Source of the DNA: Lingula anatina
Lineage: Eukaryota > Animalia > Brachiopoda
Direction: 5' to 3'
Assembly (NCBI GenBank): GCA_051362555.1
Contig: CM120641.1
Coordinates: 42,538,401-42,602,400 of the forward strand
Length of the DNA stretch: 64,000 nt
Positions 1 to 11,375 of this stretch are shown here, piece after piece. Both the position numbers and the translations under genes were made by a program. Within the stretch, counting starts at the first letter, position 1; every line of letters starts with the position of its first letter. The notes beneath the pieces were generated by a model. That model did not search any database. It was not told the DNA's origin and saw only the letters and a program-made list of their open reading frames with translations.

Positions 1-355
1 TCGTATGGCGTTGTGGAGGTTCACACCTTCAGGATTTCCCATAGGGTCGGTAAAATAGTCGTCTCGATTTATCCTTTCGGCAGTACGTTTTACACCGTGA
101 TCGTATTTCTCAATGCCATGGATGTGAAAGAACAAATCGTCAATATGGTCCATGAGCACAACATTGTTGTGCATGTCAGGAAGAGAGAAGGCGACGGGAG
201 TGTAGGTGAATCTTACGTTGATGTATTTGCTGTAGTTGTGCTCTGTAAAGTACCGCTGGCGGAGCATGGAAAGACCGTGCATAAACATGTCTGACAAAGG
301 ACTAGAATTCCCCAAGGAGTCAAAAGACCTTCCCTGGAGGTGTGCATTGAATCGT
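1..355 (-). CDS. IL-17R exon: C-terminal SEFIR half and post-SEFIR extension (SEFEX/TILL-like); continues beyond window
   Basis: Acceptor ttttttccttcag at 356. The frame is open to the window edge: RRFNAHLQGRSFDSLGNSSPLSDMFMHGLSMLRQRYFTEHNYSKYINVRFTYTPVAFSLPDMHNNVVLMDHIDDLFFHIHGIEKYDHGVKRTAERINRDDYFTDPMGNPEGVNLHNAIR. Confidence 0.9.
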
Positions 356-3300
356 CTGAAGGAAAAAAATTATATGAAATATCACATTATGGTATTTTAT
401 GATAAATAAACGTGTGCTTCACCCGTTTGGAACTAGACACCGACCGTTTCGCCAAGAATCTTCTGAAGGTTTTATCATGGCTCTAAAGTTCATTTTAATG
501 ACGGTTGATGTATTTTTAAGTGCACCTCAACTAGAAATTGTGAACAGGATAAAGCCCAGTTAGCAGTCCAGGCCTAATGGTTTAACGTCGTTGTCACTGC
601 CTTCCGATCAACATGTAGTTACATTTTTAAAAATGACAAAAGACTATACCTCAATATCAATCAAAGAAAGCGCACTGTTTTTAAACAGATAACATAACAT
701 ATCAAATAGTGCACCTTTAACAAATTATTTGTGTCGACTTTCTTTCTTTTTTTTTTTTTTTTTTTTTTTGTTATCTGTAAAGTGTTTCGTCGCAAAGGAA
801 ATAATACCTGTAAGCTCCCTCAGAGCTGACAACAAGGACGCATTCCGCTTTCTCGATGTTTTTGGACAACCAGGCCGTCTTTCCCTCGCTGAATATTTCG
901 CGGCGACACCACCAATCCAGAATGACGTCACAGTAGCACGCGGCTTGCAGAAAGTTAGCGAAATTCAGCACTACCTTGGTATGTTTTGGATGCTCCTCGG
1001 AGAAAAGGATCAATACTCTCTTTTTTCTTGTCAACAAATTGTCCTCGTCGACTGGAGAAAAGTTTTTGAGGGTCTCTAAAAATACCAAGGATGAGGGATG
1101 ACCAGTAACGTTACGTGTATGAAAACGATACACAAATTATCTTACATATCATAAGCTTGATGTGTCCATTTTCTTGTTTTTGTCAGGCAAGAAAATACAG
1201 TAGGCATGCTCATGACTGAGGACATCTACTAAAGCATAGTGAAATCATTTGGTACATTTTTTTCTCTTGCGTCTGAAAACAAAGCATATTTGCTGCATGC
1301 CCGTGCCTTCTGAAATAAAGTAATTTCATTTCAGTTGGTCCGTTGATATAATCATTTCATAGAAAAAGTGAGGTAAGCCTACTCACGTCCTTTAGTCTCG
1401 AAGCTACTTGAATTATTAGTACCGTCTTGTCCTTCACTGCCTTGGTTGCAGCTTGAAAACTTTAAGATACGTCGGCCTACAAGTAAAAATGACAAATTAA
1501 TTTTAGTCGCATTTTGCGCCAATTGTTTGCATTAGAAAATTGACGAGGTTACATTCAGCTTACTGAAAGTGTGTAAGCACTTTTCAAATTTCGGTGTCAG
1601 GCCATCCATATTGTATGGCTGGGGCATTTATGTACTCCCAATGTATACAAGTCATTGATAAAAATGACAAATTTAATGTTTTACAACAGCCAAAATTTCA
1701 TTAAGCATCACAAAAATATTTTTAACATAACGATTTACGAGTGAAAGCGTAACGTATCGTTTAAAGTGCTCGTCTTTTATAAACAGGTTTTGAATTTCAC
1801 TCACGATTCATTCTTGAGCAGACGACAACCAAAACTAGTATTCCAAACAGTATTCCAGATAGTCCGATAATTATGGAAGCAATCATAACGGCCCCTGAAG
1901 GCCTACTGCCCACAGGCGTAGTCCTCCCCACAGTTGTAGTCCTTCTTCCCACTGTTGTAGTCCCTTTCTCCACTGGTGTCGTACCGGGACATTCTGTAAC
2001 GGATTAAACTATTTATAACTATTTAAGTAATAAAAAAACAATAAGTAGTTAAATAAAATTATTGATTAGTAAGTTGTCATACTGGGGAAATATTCAGGTT
2101 GTTTCTTCTATACGAACTCCATTAATTGTGTTTCACCAGGTACAAACCGTATTTACATCACCAGCTTTTACCATTCTTATCCAGTGTTTGAAATGAATGT
2201 ACCTTTATTCTGAATTCATACATGTATGTGATCACTGGAGTAACTATCATCACCCTCCTGATAAAGGTAACATTTCATCTGGACACCATCATCCTAAATC
2301 CCTCACATCCAATCACACCGCCATCTAATCAACCAACCCTATACGTCATTGCACCAAATACCGTACCAACATGCATAGTACCGTTACCTTGTATTGTGAC
2401 GGGCACTACCGTCTCCGTGATGAGACAGTTGTTCATACAGACTTCATATGCATTCTTACATACACAGCGACCACTGACTTGCCTATCTTGCGGCAGGTCT
2501 CGGGGCTGGACCTGGGAATGACATGTGTACAGGTCAGTTTAATAAACTATTATAAAAGTCTCTCCGGTGAGATTTCAAATATTATTAGAGAAATGGTGTA
2601 AGTATGAAAAAAAAAGCCATTCATCTATTGGTCAGTAAAATCTTTTATTGTGAATAAATGGATTTATGTGTTGATTTCTTAGAATATTTTCTATACCATT
2701 ACCCAAATCAGCTTTGATTCCGTAAATAGTCTAAATAATTACCCATATATAATACTGCCCATTGGGAACGTCGTTGAACGAAACACCGTGAACCGGCTGA
2801 AAAATACAATGAATAATACCAATTGGTTAGGTACATGTGTAACAACTAAAATATGACTACACATTTCAGACACTGGTTTTTGTTACATCTTCATGCTGAA
2901 GTGTTTGCTGTAGATCACATGCAACTAAGGGTGCATTCCCAGAGATTTAGATCGATCCAGAGATTTAGATTTAGATCGACCTAACTCCCTGGTGGTTCAC
3001 GCTAAATTGCAGTCAGCCGAGCGCGCACCATAGTTAATTACCCCCTTACAGCTTTTAGTAGGCGGGACAGACGTTTAAGCCGGCTAAGCTGGGATTCACG
3101 CTAAATTGCAGTCAGCCGAGCGCGCACCATAGTTAATTACCCCTTTACAGCTTTTAGTAGGCGGGACAGACGCTTAAGCCGGCTAAGCTGACAGTAATCT
3201 AGTGAGACTCCCCACAGGGATAGATCGATCTAAAATCTATGGGAATAGGGTCTAAGGTCCGCTTTCTCATCTGGGCCAGATGGTGTTCATTTAAACGTTA

Positions 3301-4420
3301 ACTAAGGAAGTCTACTTGTAAAAGCCTGTTTCACAAACAATGCCCGCTGTTTAAATGATCGACATCTCCGTTCCTGACGGAACAAGCTTCGTCCTATGAC
3401 AACATAAACATATTTTAATATTAAAAATGTTCAGGGTAAAAAAGACCCGATGTGTTTTTGTCCGGCATTTTCTCATTGTTTACTGCCAACCTCCATCTAA
3501 GACTCAGTATACCAATATACTGTCCTAACTTCCATGAGTGAAACTCAGAAAGCAATTACATGTATATGTGACGGCACATTTTCGTGGACCGCACATTCTA
3601 ACGAAAGAAAGGAGGGAAAGTCTAAATAGATCAGGAGATTTTTAGTCTGATTCCTGACCGTTATCCATCAAGTATAGTTTTCCATCTTAATAAATTCTGT
3701 TGGACATATATTAACAATAATCCAGAAGAGTCAACTAACTCTTCTGGTTTTTCCCCCAAGTAGGTTGAGAGCCCAGGATGGATGATCAGATTTGCTAAGC
3801 GTTTTTCTGGTTTGTTCGACTACCATTTCTTGTCTGATTACTTGCTGAAAGTGGTACCATTCTAGGCTTAACGCTATATGTAAAAATGATCAGTATGTGG
3901 TATTAAATAACTGATAAACACCTCAGTAAAATTGCCTGTTTATTAGATACTGTTTTAGTGATGTTGATCACTTACTTTGGAACTAAAAAAGTAACTAATA
4001 TAACACCCTGGAACCATGTAAAATCCCTACCCTCTACCAGGGTGGCAGATTATATAGGGGAAAATGGAAAAACCCAGAGACATATCTGTGAATATCTGTG
4101 AAAAATCAATCTGTCGCCCTGGTATAGGGTATACAATCCTAGTGATAAACAGCCTGATTGGTAATTCTTAAATTTTTTTCAACGTACCCCTCTCTCATTT
4201 AATGTGTACACCTCCGTAGAATTGATGATTTCCGTTTTCTCTATGTTTACAAGAGTGACTTCATAAAGTTTAAAGCCGTAGTCTTTTGGGGCCAGGATGA
4301 AGTTGACATCTACACCACCACAGGAATAGTTACGGAATTCGATAAAAGTAGTCCATTCTGCTGGTGCCACGTGTACGTTGGGGTCTGCAATTCAAGAGAT
4401 ATGAAAATAAGAACTCTGCA

Positions 4421-4459
<39 letters not shown>

Positions 4460-7400
4460 ACACACACACGCGCGCGCGCGCGCATACATGCACACAGACA
4501 GAGAGTGACGCACACACACACACACAAACGCATTAAACAGAGAGAGACTTTTCTTTTAAAGTGAACGTAGTAATCTGATATAACATTTATTTTATACGAA
4601 TGCGAGCAAAACTAGTGAAGAGTAAAAAAAGATGACAACTGAACTATACCTGAACCGTAGAACTGCTTTGGTACGCTAACAAAAGTGTCTGCACATGGTC
4701 TGGTGTGGCCGGCCTTGGGCAGAGGTAAGCTGCAGATCTCCACGAACACTGTATTGTCACCTCCGGGAAGTGGATATATTTTGAAGAAGAAGGTTGGCTG
4801 AAATTTAAAAGAGGCCAGCTTCATCCTGCAGACAAGGTGCTTATCATAAACTCTGGTAGTTGGTGCTATGGTTTGCAAAATACACGTTAGAATTAAAATA
4901 AATGAGTAAATGTGACATATATTAGTTTATGACCTATTCCTACACACATGTATAGGCCTATATCAGAAAGTAATCACTCTAATAAACTTGCAGTTAGCAG
5001 TAAGCTTCCAAATTAACCATTCATCTCATCAGGAATAGTTTTAGTTAATGTAAAAATGTAAAATCCTACAACCACCATTCTGGTACTCTGTTACTATCTG
5101 GTTGCTAGATTCGGCTAACTTTGCCACATCAGATACAGCTAAAGAGTAACTATTTCATATCCCTTATAACTCCAGTAGATTGTGAATTAGGGATAATATT
5201 ATGTCCTTATGCTTGAAAAGATTAATGAGTGATTTAAGATGGTGAATTCCCAAAACCACTTATTTTGTCTATGATTAATAGAATGATAAAATGAGATATA
5301 TACTGGACGACCAATATATTACGAAACCCATATTAAAAAATAAGCTAGCAGGGGCAAATCCAGGATTATCTGAAGGGGAAGGGGGGTCTGCGGATGCGAA
5401 GCCATTGGCGTGGGGTTCGGGGCCCGCCAAAGGGACCCAAAACATTTTGATATGTTAGGGGGCGAACGGTGCCATTTGGTACGGGTTCAGGACTCCCCTG
5501 ACACCCACCTAAATCCGCCACTGAGCTAGGCTTTGGCAGATATATAGAAGTATCAGACAGGAAGCAAGTACAAAGTGCTTAACAACTTAAAGTCTACCTT
5601 GTTGAGGCGAACTTCGGTATCCAACTCTTTTTCCTTAAAGTTACCAATCTATATACTAGTAACCTTATTGTTTAGGTCCTCCTGTGTCCAACCAGTCTTC
5701 TCTATATTAAAATTACCAATCTATATACTAGTAACCTTATTGTTTAGGTCCTCCTGTATCCAGGCGGTCTTCTCTATATTAAAATTACCAATCTACGAGT
5801 ATATTTTCTAGTAACCTTATTGTTTAGGTCCTCCTGTATCAAGGCGGTCTTCTCGATATTAAAATTACTCATCTATATACTAGTTACCTTATTGTTTAGG
5901 TCCTCCTGTGTCCAACCAGTCTTCTCTATATTAAATATTCTACACAAAGATCCATTTGCCTCCCCGGAGAGATATCGTGCATGCATTCGAAACCCTTCGG
6001 TATACTGGTATGATGCTGAAAAATGTATTTTATTGAATTTTATTAATTGCTTTCGTGAAAGAAATGTGGTAGTCTTTTTGTTATTGATTGACGTCATATT
6101 ATTTCACCGATTAGAAGCCATAGAGTCGAGATATAGATTATCATTTTAACCCCCCCCCCCAAAAAAAAAAAACACCGTCAAAATCTGCAACGAAGGATTC
6201 CCGCTAATAGAAATTCCACAAAAAATTGTGAACAGTCCCAAAATATTTTATGTTATTGCCAATATGGATAAATAATACCTATCTGTTATAATATTTATAA
6301 CCTCAATTTATAATTATTTGGTGATTTACGAATATTCTGTCAAATATCGACATATGAAGGCACTCAGAGAAGCAGTCATGAATTAAAAGTTGTCTTGCGA
6401 GGAAGGGTAAACTTCAAAGATATTCTAACATGGTACAGTGCATGGTACCCAGATATTGACACCGAACGCATTATCTCTCAGTAACATATGCGACAACAGT
6501 CTTTTTTGCTGCGGCAAGTCGAGAAGTTATCTCGCAGTTAAAAACAATTCTTACTGCAGTAGTAGATACTTATTGGAACAGAGACAAATACTTATTTACA
6601 CGTATCCGGCGGAAAAGACGGTTTCTGCAGTGAAAAGTACCACTACCAGGGCCACAGTTTTTATTACGTGGACATTTTCTCTGGCGCTACCCTATAACTT
6701 TTGGCCAGATGTAAGCAAATAATCATCAGGCGTGCAGATTACATTTTACCCGCTCTGCAAGAGCTAAATGGGAGATGGCTATGCCCCTATGTAATTAACA
6801 CTCGTTACGGAACCTTTCTTGTCTTGCCTGTCTGCTGAAACAAGTCACGTGGTTTGAAGGGGTTCCCCAAAACTGAAACTGTGCACAGCCCGTATACAAT
6901 AGTTCCGAACAGCAGTTGTAAAAAAATGGCCTGGCGTCAGATGCCAAATTTTTAGTTAAATTGCATAGGACCAAAGTTTGTTATTTTCTTAACAGAGCAC
7001 GATCTATACCAAGTGTCATTGATGAATTTTATTAGCCGTTTTCATATTGGTTGCCTACTTGAACAAACTTTGGGCTGCTTGCGTATTATATTATGCCATA
7101 TATGGGCGAATCTTACCGTCGTCTGCTGTCTGCCACGTAATACCCAGTCCCGGATAACTCTTGTTTTTGTAGTTTCGGAACATCAGTGCCACGCCGAGTC
7201 TGGTGGGAGAACCTGGGTTCATATCAGCCCCTGGTTTAATCCACTGCTTTTGGCAGGTGTCTTATTTAAAAAAAAAAAGACGAATGAGAAGTTATTATAT
7301 TATTATATTGATATGAGGCGACTCCATCTGTTAGCACAGATTTACAAAAGCACTAATCCCTACTAATCTTTGCATACAGGTTTGAGGCTAGCAGGTATTC

Positions 7401-8367
7401 AAATAAGGTGACACACACACACACACACACACATATATATTATAAGTGAATAGCTAATTATTTACTTACAAATTATTTAGCCTATTGTCTGAAAAATAGC
7501 TCAAATGCTGAATGGGAGAAGTTTTTTTTTTCTTTTTAGTCCAGACACAGTAACATCTCTCTAACAAATGTGGCTCTCCGTGATTTTTGGCCATTATTTT
7601 GTCATGGATTTTCATAAAGTCATCGACATTGCCTCGCAAGAGTGTTGTGCCTTGGTTATTTTCAAATATCAATACTTATTTCAGTTGCGGTGATTTTACA
7701 CAAAAAAATCAGACCCCGGATATTGAAAATACATTTGACCACTTACTGTTGGACATGTGTCAAAATTGATATCGTGACAAATAGAAAACGAACAAACTTC
7801 TGTTATCTTGAATACACGCGTTGCTTTGGTGTTATCTAGAATCATGTAAGCGGATACAATTAATCACCACAACACACAAAGCAACTTAAAACACCCACCT
7901 AAAATGTCAATAAAATACTTGTGTATCTGGTGACGGTCGATATTGTTTTGGTAAAGTCAATGCGGTTAGCCCTCATGTCAAACCACCAAGAAAGCAAGTT
8001 TTGACTGGTGGTGGAAAACTTTATTTAAGATTTTTGCTAATTTTTAATCATTAATGCTTTTCCTTTAAAAAAGGGATGACTTGCTTTAGAAAACAGTAAC
8101 ATGCAGCGAGTTTCTGTATCTTAAATTCATTTTGTAGTTAGTACAGCAGGTTACAAACTACATGCATGACGTTCTAGGTTCATACGTGATGTTCATTTTT
8201 TTAATGACATGAATTTTTTACATTTACCAATTGTCTTTATGGAGATGCTGGTTCCTGGTAACAATCACATTAATTATGCATACCAATCACTACGTGTCTG
8301 TTAACTGAACAGATTGGGGCAATACAGTACCTGATTCTTCTACCGAACAATTGAGGTGACTGAAGCT
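1..8367 (-). CDS. Interleukin-17 receptor (IL-17RA-like, SEFIR-domain type I membrane receptor); multi-exon, 3' end runs off window, first coding exon not resolved
   Basis: Phase-consistent GT-AG exons on minus: 8367-8331 (SFSHLNCSVEES), 7260-7117 (DTCQKQWIKPGADMNPGSPTRLGVALMFRNYKNKSYPGLGITWQTADD), 6015-5888 (ASYQYTEGFRMHARYLSGEANGSLCRIFNIEKTGWTQEDLNNK), 4797-4650, 4384-4188, 2796-2743, 2511-2388 (…GRCVCKNAYEVCMNNCL…), 1993-1805 (stalk+TM), 1476-1387, 1075-808, 355-<1. The N-terminal exons resemble the IL-17RA FnIII-D1 pattern (LNC.V….C…WI.P…P.SP…L.I.W…DAS..Y.EG), judged from recall of the family rather than an alignment. Confidence 0.9.
808..1075 (-). CDS. IL-17R exon: N-terminal half of SEFIR domain
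   Basis: KKRVLILFSEEHPKHTKVVLNFANFLQAACYCDVILDWWCRREIFSEGKTAWLSKNIEKAECVLVVSSEGAY is the typical SEFIR box1/box2 pattern (V.I.YS.D…H…V..FA.FL…C..DV.LD.W…I…G…W). Acceptor tttttag at 1076, donor gtatta at 807. Confidence 0.95.
1805..1993 (-). CDS. IL-17R exon: Thr-rich juxtamembrane stalk and transmembrane helix
   Basis: ECPGTTPVEKGTTTVGRRTTTVGRTTPVGSRPSG-AVMIASIIIGLSGILFGILVLVVVC-SRMN. Phase 1/1, donor gtgagt. The next exon starts with basic RRR (positive-inside rule). Confidence 0.92.
2929..3252. mobile_element. Non-autonomous PIF/Harbinger-like MITE in IL-17R intron, with internal ~99-bp tandem duplication
   Basis: Imperfect TIRs gggtgcattcccagagatttagatcgatc / gatcgatctaaaatctatgggaatagggtc, flanked by TAA at 2926-2928 and 3253-3255. 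Internal direct repeat ttcacgctaaattgcagtcagcc…ggctaagctg at ~2996-3091 and ~3095-3190. Confidence 0.7.
4030..4129. mobile_element. ~100-bp TA-flanked MITE
   Basis: TA-ccctctaccagggtggcagatt … aatctgtcgccctggtataggg-TA: 22-bp inverted repeats with 3 mismatches, TA on both sides. Confidence 0.55.
4424..4526. repeat. Compound microsatellite (CT)n-(CA)n-(CG)n-(CA)n
   Basis: Directly visible. It produces the spurious RERERE/ARARAC ORFs. Confidence 0.95.
5349..5523. mobile_element. hAT-like MITE with 6-bp target-site duplication
   Basis: Ends caggggcaaatccag … ctaaatccgccactg (imperfect TIR, CAG…CTG). AGCTAG is directly repeated at 5343-5348 and 5524-5529. GC-rich interior. Confidence 0.65.
5641..5934. 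repeat. ~72-bp tandem repeat (4 units) overlapping the 3' end and donor of an IL-17R exon
   Basis: Unit ttaccaatctatatactagtaaccttattgtttaggtcctcctgtgtccaaccagtcttctctatattaaaa starts at 5641, 5713, 5785 and 5865. Confidence 0.95.
6846..6868. promoter_or_regulatory. Candidate intronic enhancer: E-box plus NF-kB site
   Basis: CACGTG at 6846-6851 and GGGGTTCCCC (matches GGGRNYYYCC) at 6859-6868, within an IL-17R intron. Motif match only. Confidence 0.35.
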
Positions 8368-8951
8368 CTGGAAGAAATAATGGACATGTTTAGGAAAAAT
8401 ACAATCGTTCTCCAATTTTCATAATCTGAACAGTAATATCGTAAACGGCCAAATCGAAAGGAAAAGTTGTAGACAGTAGTAGTAGAAAATAGTTTGATGA
8501 ATTAATATATACTAACGCAATCCATGTAACTCTGGCATTCTAAAATATTGAAAAATATCAACAGGTTGCGACTGACATATATTGCTATCCATACAAGTTT
8601 GAAAGAATGGAAAAAAAGAATTGTCCTAAGATCAAGCAAAACTAACCTGGTTAGTGCTCTCAAAACAGGATATCGCAAAGATGTTGTTGATCTTCAAAAC
8701 AACCAGAACCGTGGGTAACATAGAGTGCTGACACCACATCATGTAGTGTTCTTCTAGGGCTGTCTCACAGTAATATCCCACAGCTACACTTGTCTTGTAA
8801 TCTACCACACCTAACTCATATCAGAAGCTTTTCTCTTCAGATACCGTGTACTGTTCATTTCCCAGAGAGCTGCTTTCTCTCTCTGTTCTCCGAAACGCAA
8901 ACTTCAAAACTAGGTCGTTTTGGAAAACACATCTCTTGCCCTATGACCTAC

Positions 8952-9036
8952 TTCATGCCTTTACAGTAAACTACTGCCGGATCTAAAAACAGGTCATTGA
9001 ACGGCACCCCCGGTGTTGGAGACAAATTTAACGCAG
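8952..9036 (-). CDS. Probable further upstream IL-17R exon
   Basis: Acceptor ttatcag, frame AALNLSPTPGVPFNDLFLDPAVVYCKGM, donor gtaggt. It supplies the Cys expected just before the LNC motif. It ends in phase 2, so joining to the 8367 exon needs the second AG of ccagAG or an unseen microexon. Confidence 0.5.
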
Positions 9037-9091
9037 CTGATAAGTTTATTCTGGCAGTGAAGGTCGTGGGTTTGTTATATAAATAAAAATC

Positions 9092-9093
<2 letters not shown>

Positions 9094-9136
<43 letters not shown>
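9094..9136. repeat. (TA)n microsatellite
   Basis: Directly visible. Confidence 0.95.
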
Positions 9137-9140
<4 letters not shown>

Positions 9141-10361
9141 GTCTAAAATTAATTTAAAATGTAAAGAAGACTGTATCCTCTTAGTTCCAATGTGGTACAT
9201 AATTAAGGCATCCACCAGAGCTCGCCGTGCTGTCTGTCTGCAGCATAAAGCTCAAGCTGTCCCCACGTCAATCCTTGTTAGTAAAAAGTAGACTTTACAT
9301 GTAAACAAGTACTTATGAACACAATTGCCAAGATAAATGTATATAAAAATAGGAAAAATATATTAAGAATCCAGATGAAAGCAGTCTAATTTTCACATAG
9401 AAATAAAACTGACTAGAATTAAGATAATCAATAAATAAAATTAACTAAAATAATATGTTTTTAAGCTCCTCTCAAGGGGTATTAGTTGATGCAAGATCTA
9501 TTTAGTTAGTTGGCTTGTTATTTTAAAAAGCAGCATTGAAGACATTTCTGTTTTTTCTTTGTTTTTGTTTACCCACCGACATACGTACTGCTTGAAACGT
9601 TGACAGTGTACACTTTCTTTTAGCCTAAATACTGTGTTAAAAGACCGATTTTCAACGGCTTGGAGTTTGGTTTAAGACAGATGTGAAAACAATTAACTTG
9701 CCATTCAAGCCCAGCATGTTTGGCAATTTTTCCTGTATTTTTAAAACAAAGAATGTAAATTCGTATGCTGAAAGCGTCAGATAACGGTATCGACATGGAA
9801 ATCTAAAAAATACAGGCATGTTTTGTTTCGATCCCAAGTATAATGCAGGCCTCATTAAACTTCAAAGTCTGATCCCTTCAAAGTCTGATCCCTGACAGGG
9901 TTTTTTCGACAAGTTGCTATACTGATAGGATAATGGGTATAAACGTGTGGTGTTGCATTAAGGTTAATTGAGGGGGAAAAATTGAAAAATAAACGGAACG
10001 ATCAATAAATAGAAATAATTGGAACCTGGATCAAAGAGCTGACACAAACCAGATCAAGTGGTTTCAGTTTAATGTATCAGCACAGAAATCTTAATAGAAC
10101 AAAATCCATCTACATTATATATACACACATGTATGTTGCAGTACAGCAGACTCACAACCATTATTAAAAATAGGCCTAACTGTTAGCAAGGATCACACAG
10201 AAAGTAGCCCAGGGACGCTCATAAGCGTGTCCGCACACAACCCGTAACAACCCGTAAAACTGAATTTTAAAAATTGGCGAACGCTTAATGAGAAATTATG
10301 CTAGTTCTTTTTATAAATTTGAAATGATGGAAATAGTTGATATTTTCAATAACACAATGTT

Positions 10362-10838
10362 CAGGGCCGTAGCCTGAGCAAAATGCCAGGGGGGGCAGTA
10401 GTGGACACGAGGGGTCGAAGCCCCCGAGGGGGGAGGTTGTGTCCCCCTCCCACGGTGTGGAAAATTTTTAAAAACTGTATGTATAATACTGCATTCTGGT
10501 GCATTTTAACTGTTTAATTGCTCAATCAGAAGTCAGAAATTGTGGGTTCATTTTGCCATAAGTATAGCTCCCCTAAGGATAGCTCCCTAAGGGAGGGTGA
10601 GCTTTTTGGCATATACTGAGTTGGCTAAAAACAGTACACCTTTGTTAACAGATTGTTGAATGATTGTCTAGTGGCCATGAGTGCATTTTCTCACAGAATT
10701 GATACCAACTTTGCAATTATTTTTTTTCACCTTTGCGATTATTATTTATTTATTTATTATTATTATTTTTTTTTTTTTGCACCTCAAATCCCAGGGGGGG
10801 CAGCTGCCCCCCCTGCCCCCCCGGAGGCTACGGCCCTG
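10362..10838. mobile_element. hAT-like MITE with 5-bp target-site duplication
   Basis: Perfect 14-bp TIR CAGGGCCGTAGCCT … AGGCTACGGCCCTG. ATGTT is repeated at 10357-10361 and 10839-10843. G/C-run subterminal hairpins (gggggggcagctgccccccc). Confidence 0.8.
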
Positions 10839-11202
10839 ATGTTTTAATAAAAGCAATTGCAAATATATCGGGATCTTTACTTGTGTCATAGCATGCTGTT
10901 TTCAATCATCACAAAACATGCAGACGGTATCATTTAACTAAAGGCTATTTGAATCTCTTTTATTCATAATTTACGTGCATACGAGAAAAAATTTAAGTTT
11001 CACCCACTTTTAACATGTTTTTGAAATTTGAGTGTGTGTCTGACCTTACGAATACTGTCCGCCCGGATTCCAGGACGAAATTCTTATCTCATAGTCCACA
11101 GCTGCATTGAGCAAAACCCAAAGCAACCTTAAAAACGGACATCAAAAACCACAGGAGAGAAATCTCCTTGTGCTGAAACGTGCAAACGGGCATTTTCAAC
11201 TA

Positions 11203-11275
11203 TGACGTCAAAGCAAGCTCTACGTCATCAATTGGAACGTTTTGACCAATCAGAGGGCCGAGCGTACTTAGCAAC
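11203..11275. promoter_or_regulatory. Candidate (possibly bidirectional) promoter: CRE and paired CCAAT boxes
   Basis: TGACGTCA 11203-11210, a second ACGTCA at ~11222, ATTGG 11231-11235 and CCAAT 11246-11250, in CpG-rich context. Lies ~400 bp upstream of the orphan-gene ATG. A minus-strand donor-like site (gtaagg) lies at ~11049. Confidence 0.45.
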
Positions 11276-11340
11276 CACACAAGTCAGAATTGCGCTTTTT
11301 CTGATTTTGGTAAGTAGCGCTGTTACATAATTATCCCTGG

Positions 11341-11375
<35 letters not shown>

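Noticed and set aside
13-294. 93-aa + strand ORF (and 729-1079 +)
   Set aside because: Antisense shadows of the IL-17R SEFIR exons.
4310-4564. ORFs with RERERE/ARARAC runs (also poly-Y/I ORFs at 40064, 47015-47398, and SLSL at 54833)
   Set aside because: Translations of microsatellites.
5575-6149. Repetitive ORFs (LKLPIYILVTLLFRSSC…) or a CRISPR-like array
   Set aside because: Head-to-tail 72-bp tandem repeat with no unique spacers, in a eukaryotic intron; the ORFs arise because 72 is a multiple of 3.
6598-6680. Signal-peptide-like stretch on minus (VHVIKTVALVVVLFTAETVFSAGY) as first exon of IL-17R
   Set aside because: No in-frame ATG (an upstream TAG closes the frame; the nearby ATG reads ATG TCC ACG TAA). 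No donor in the phase required by the 6015 exon. Genuine IL-17R exons lie further upstream (7260, 8367).
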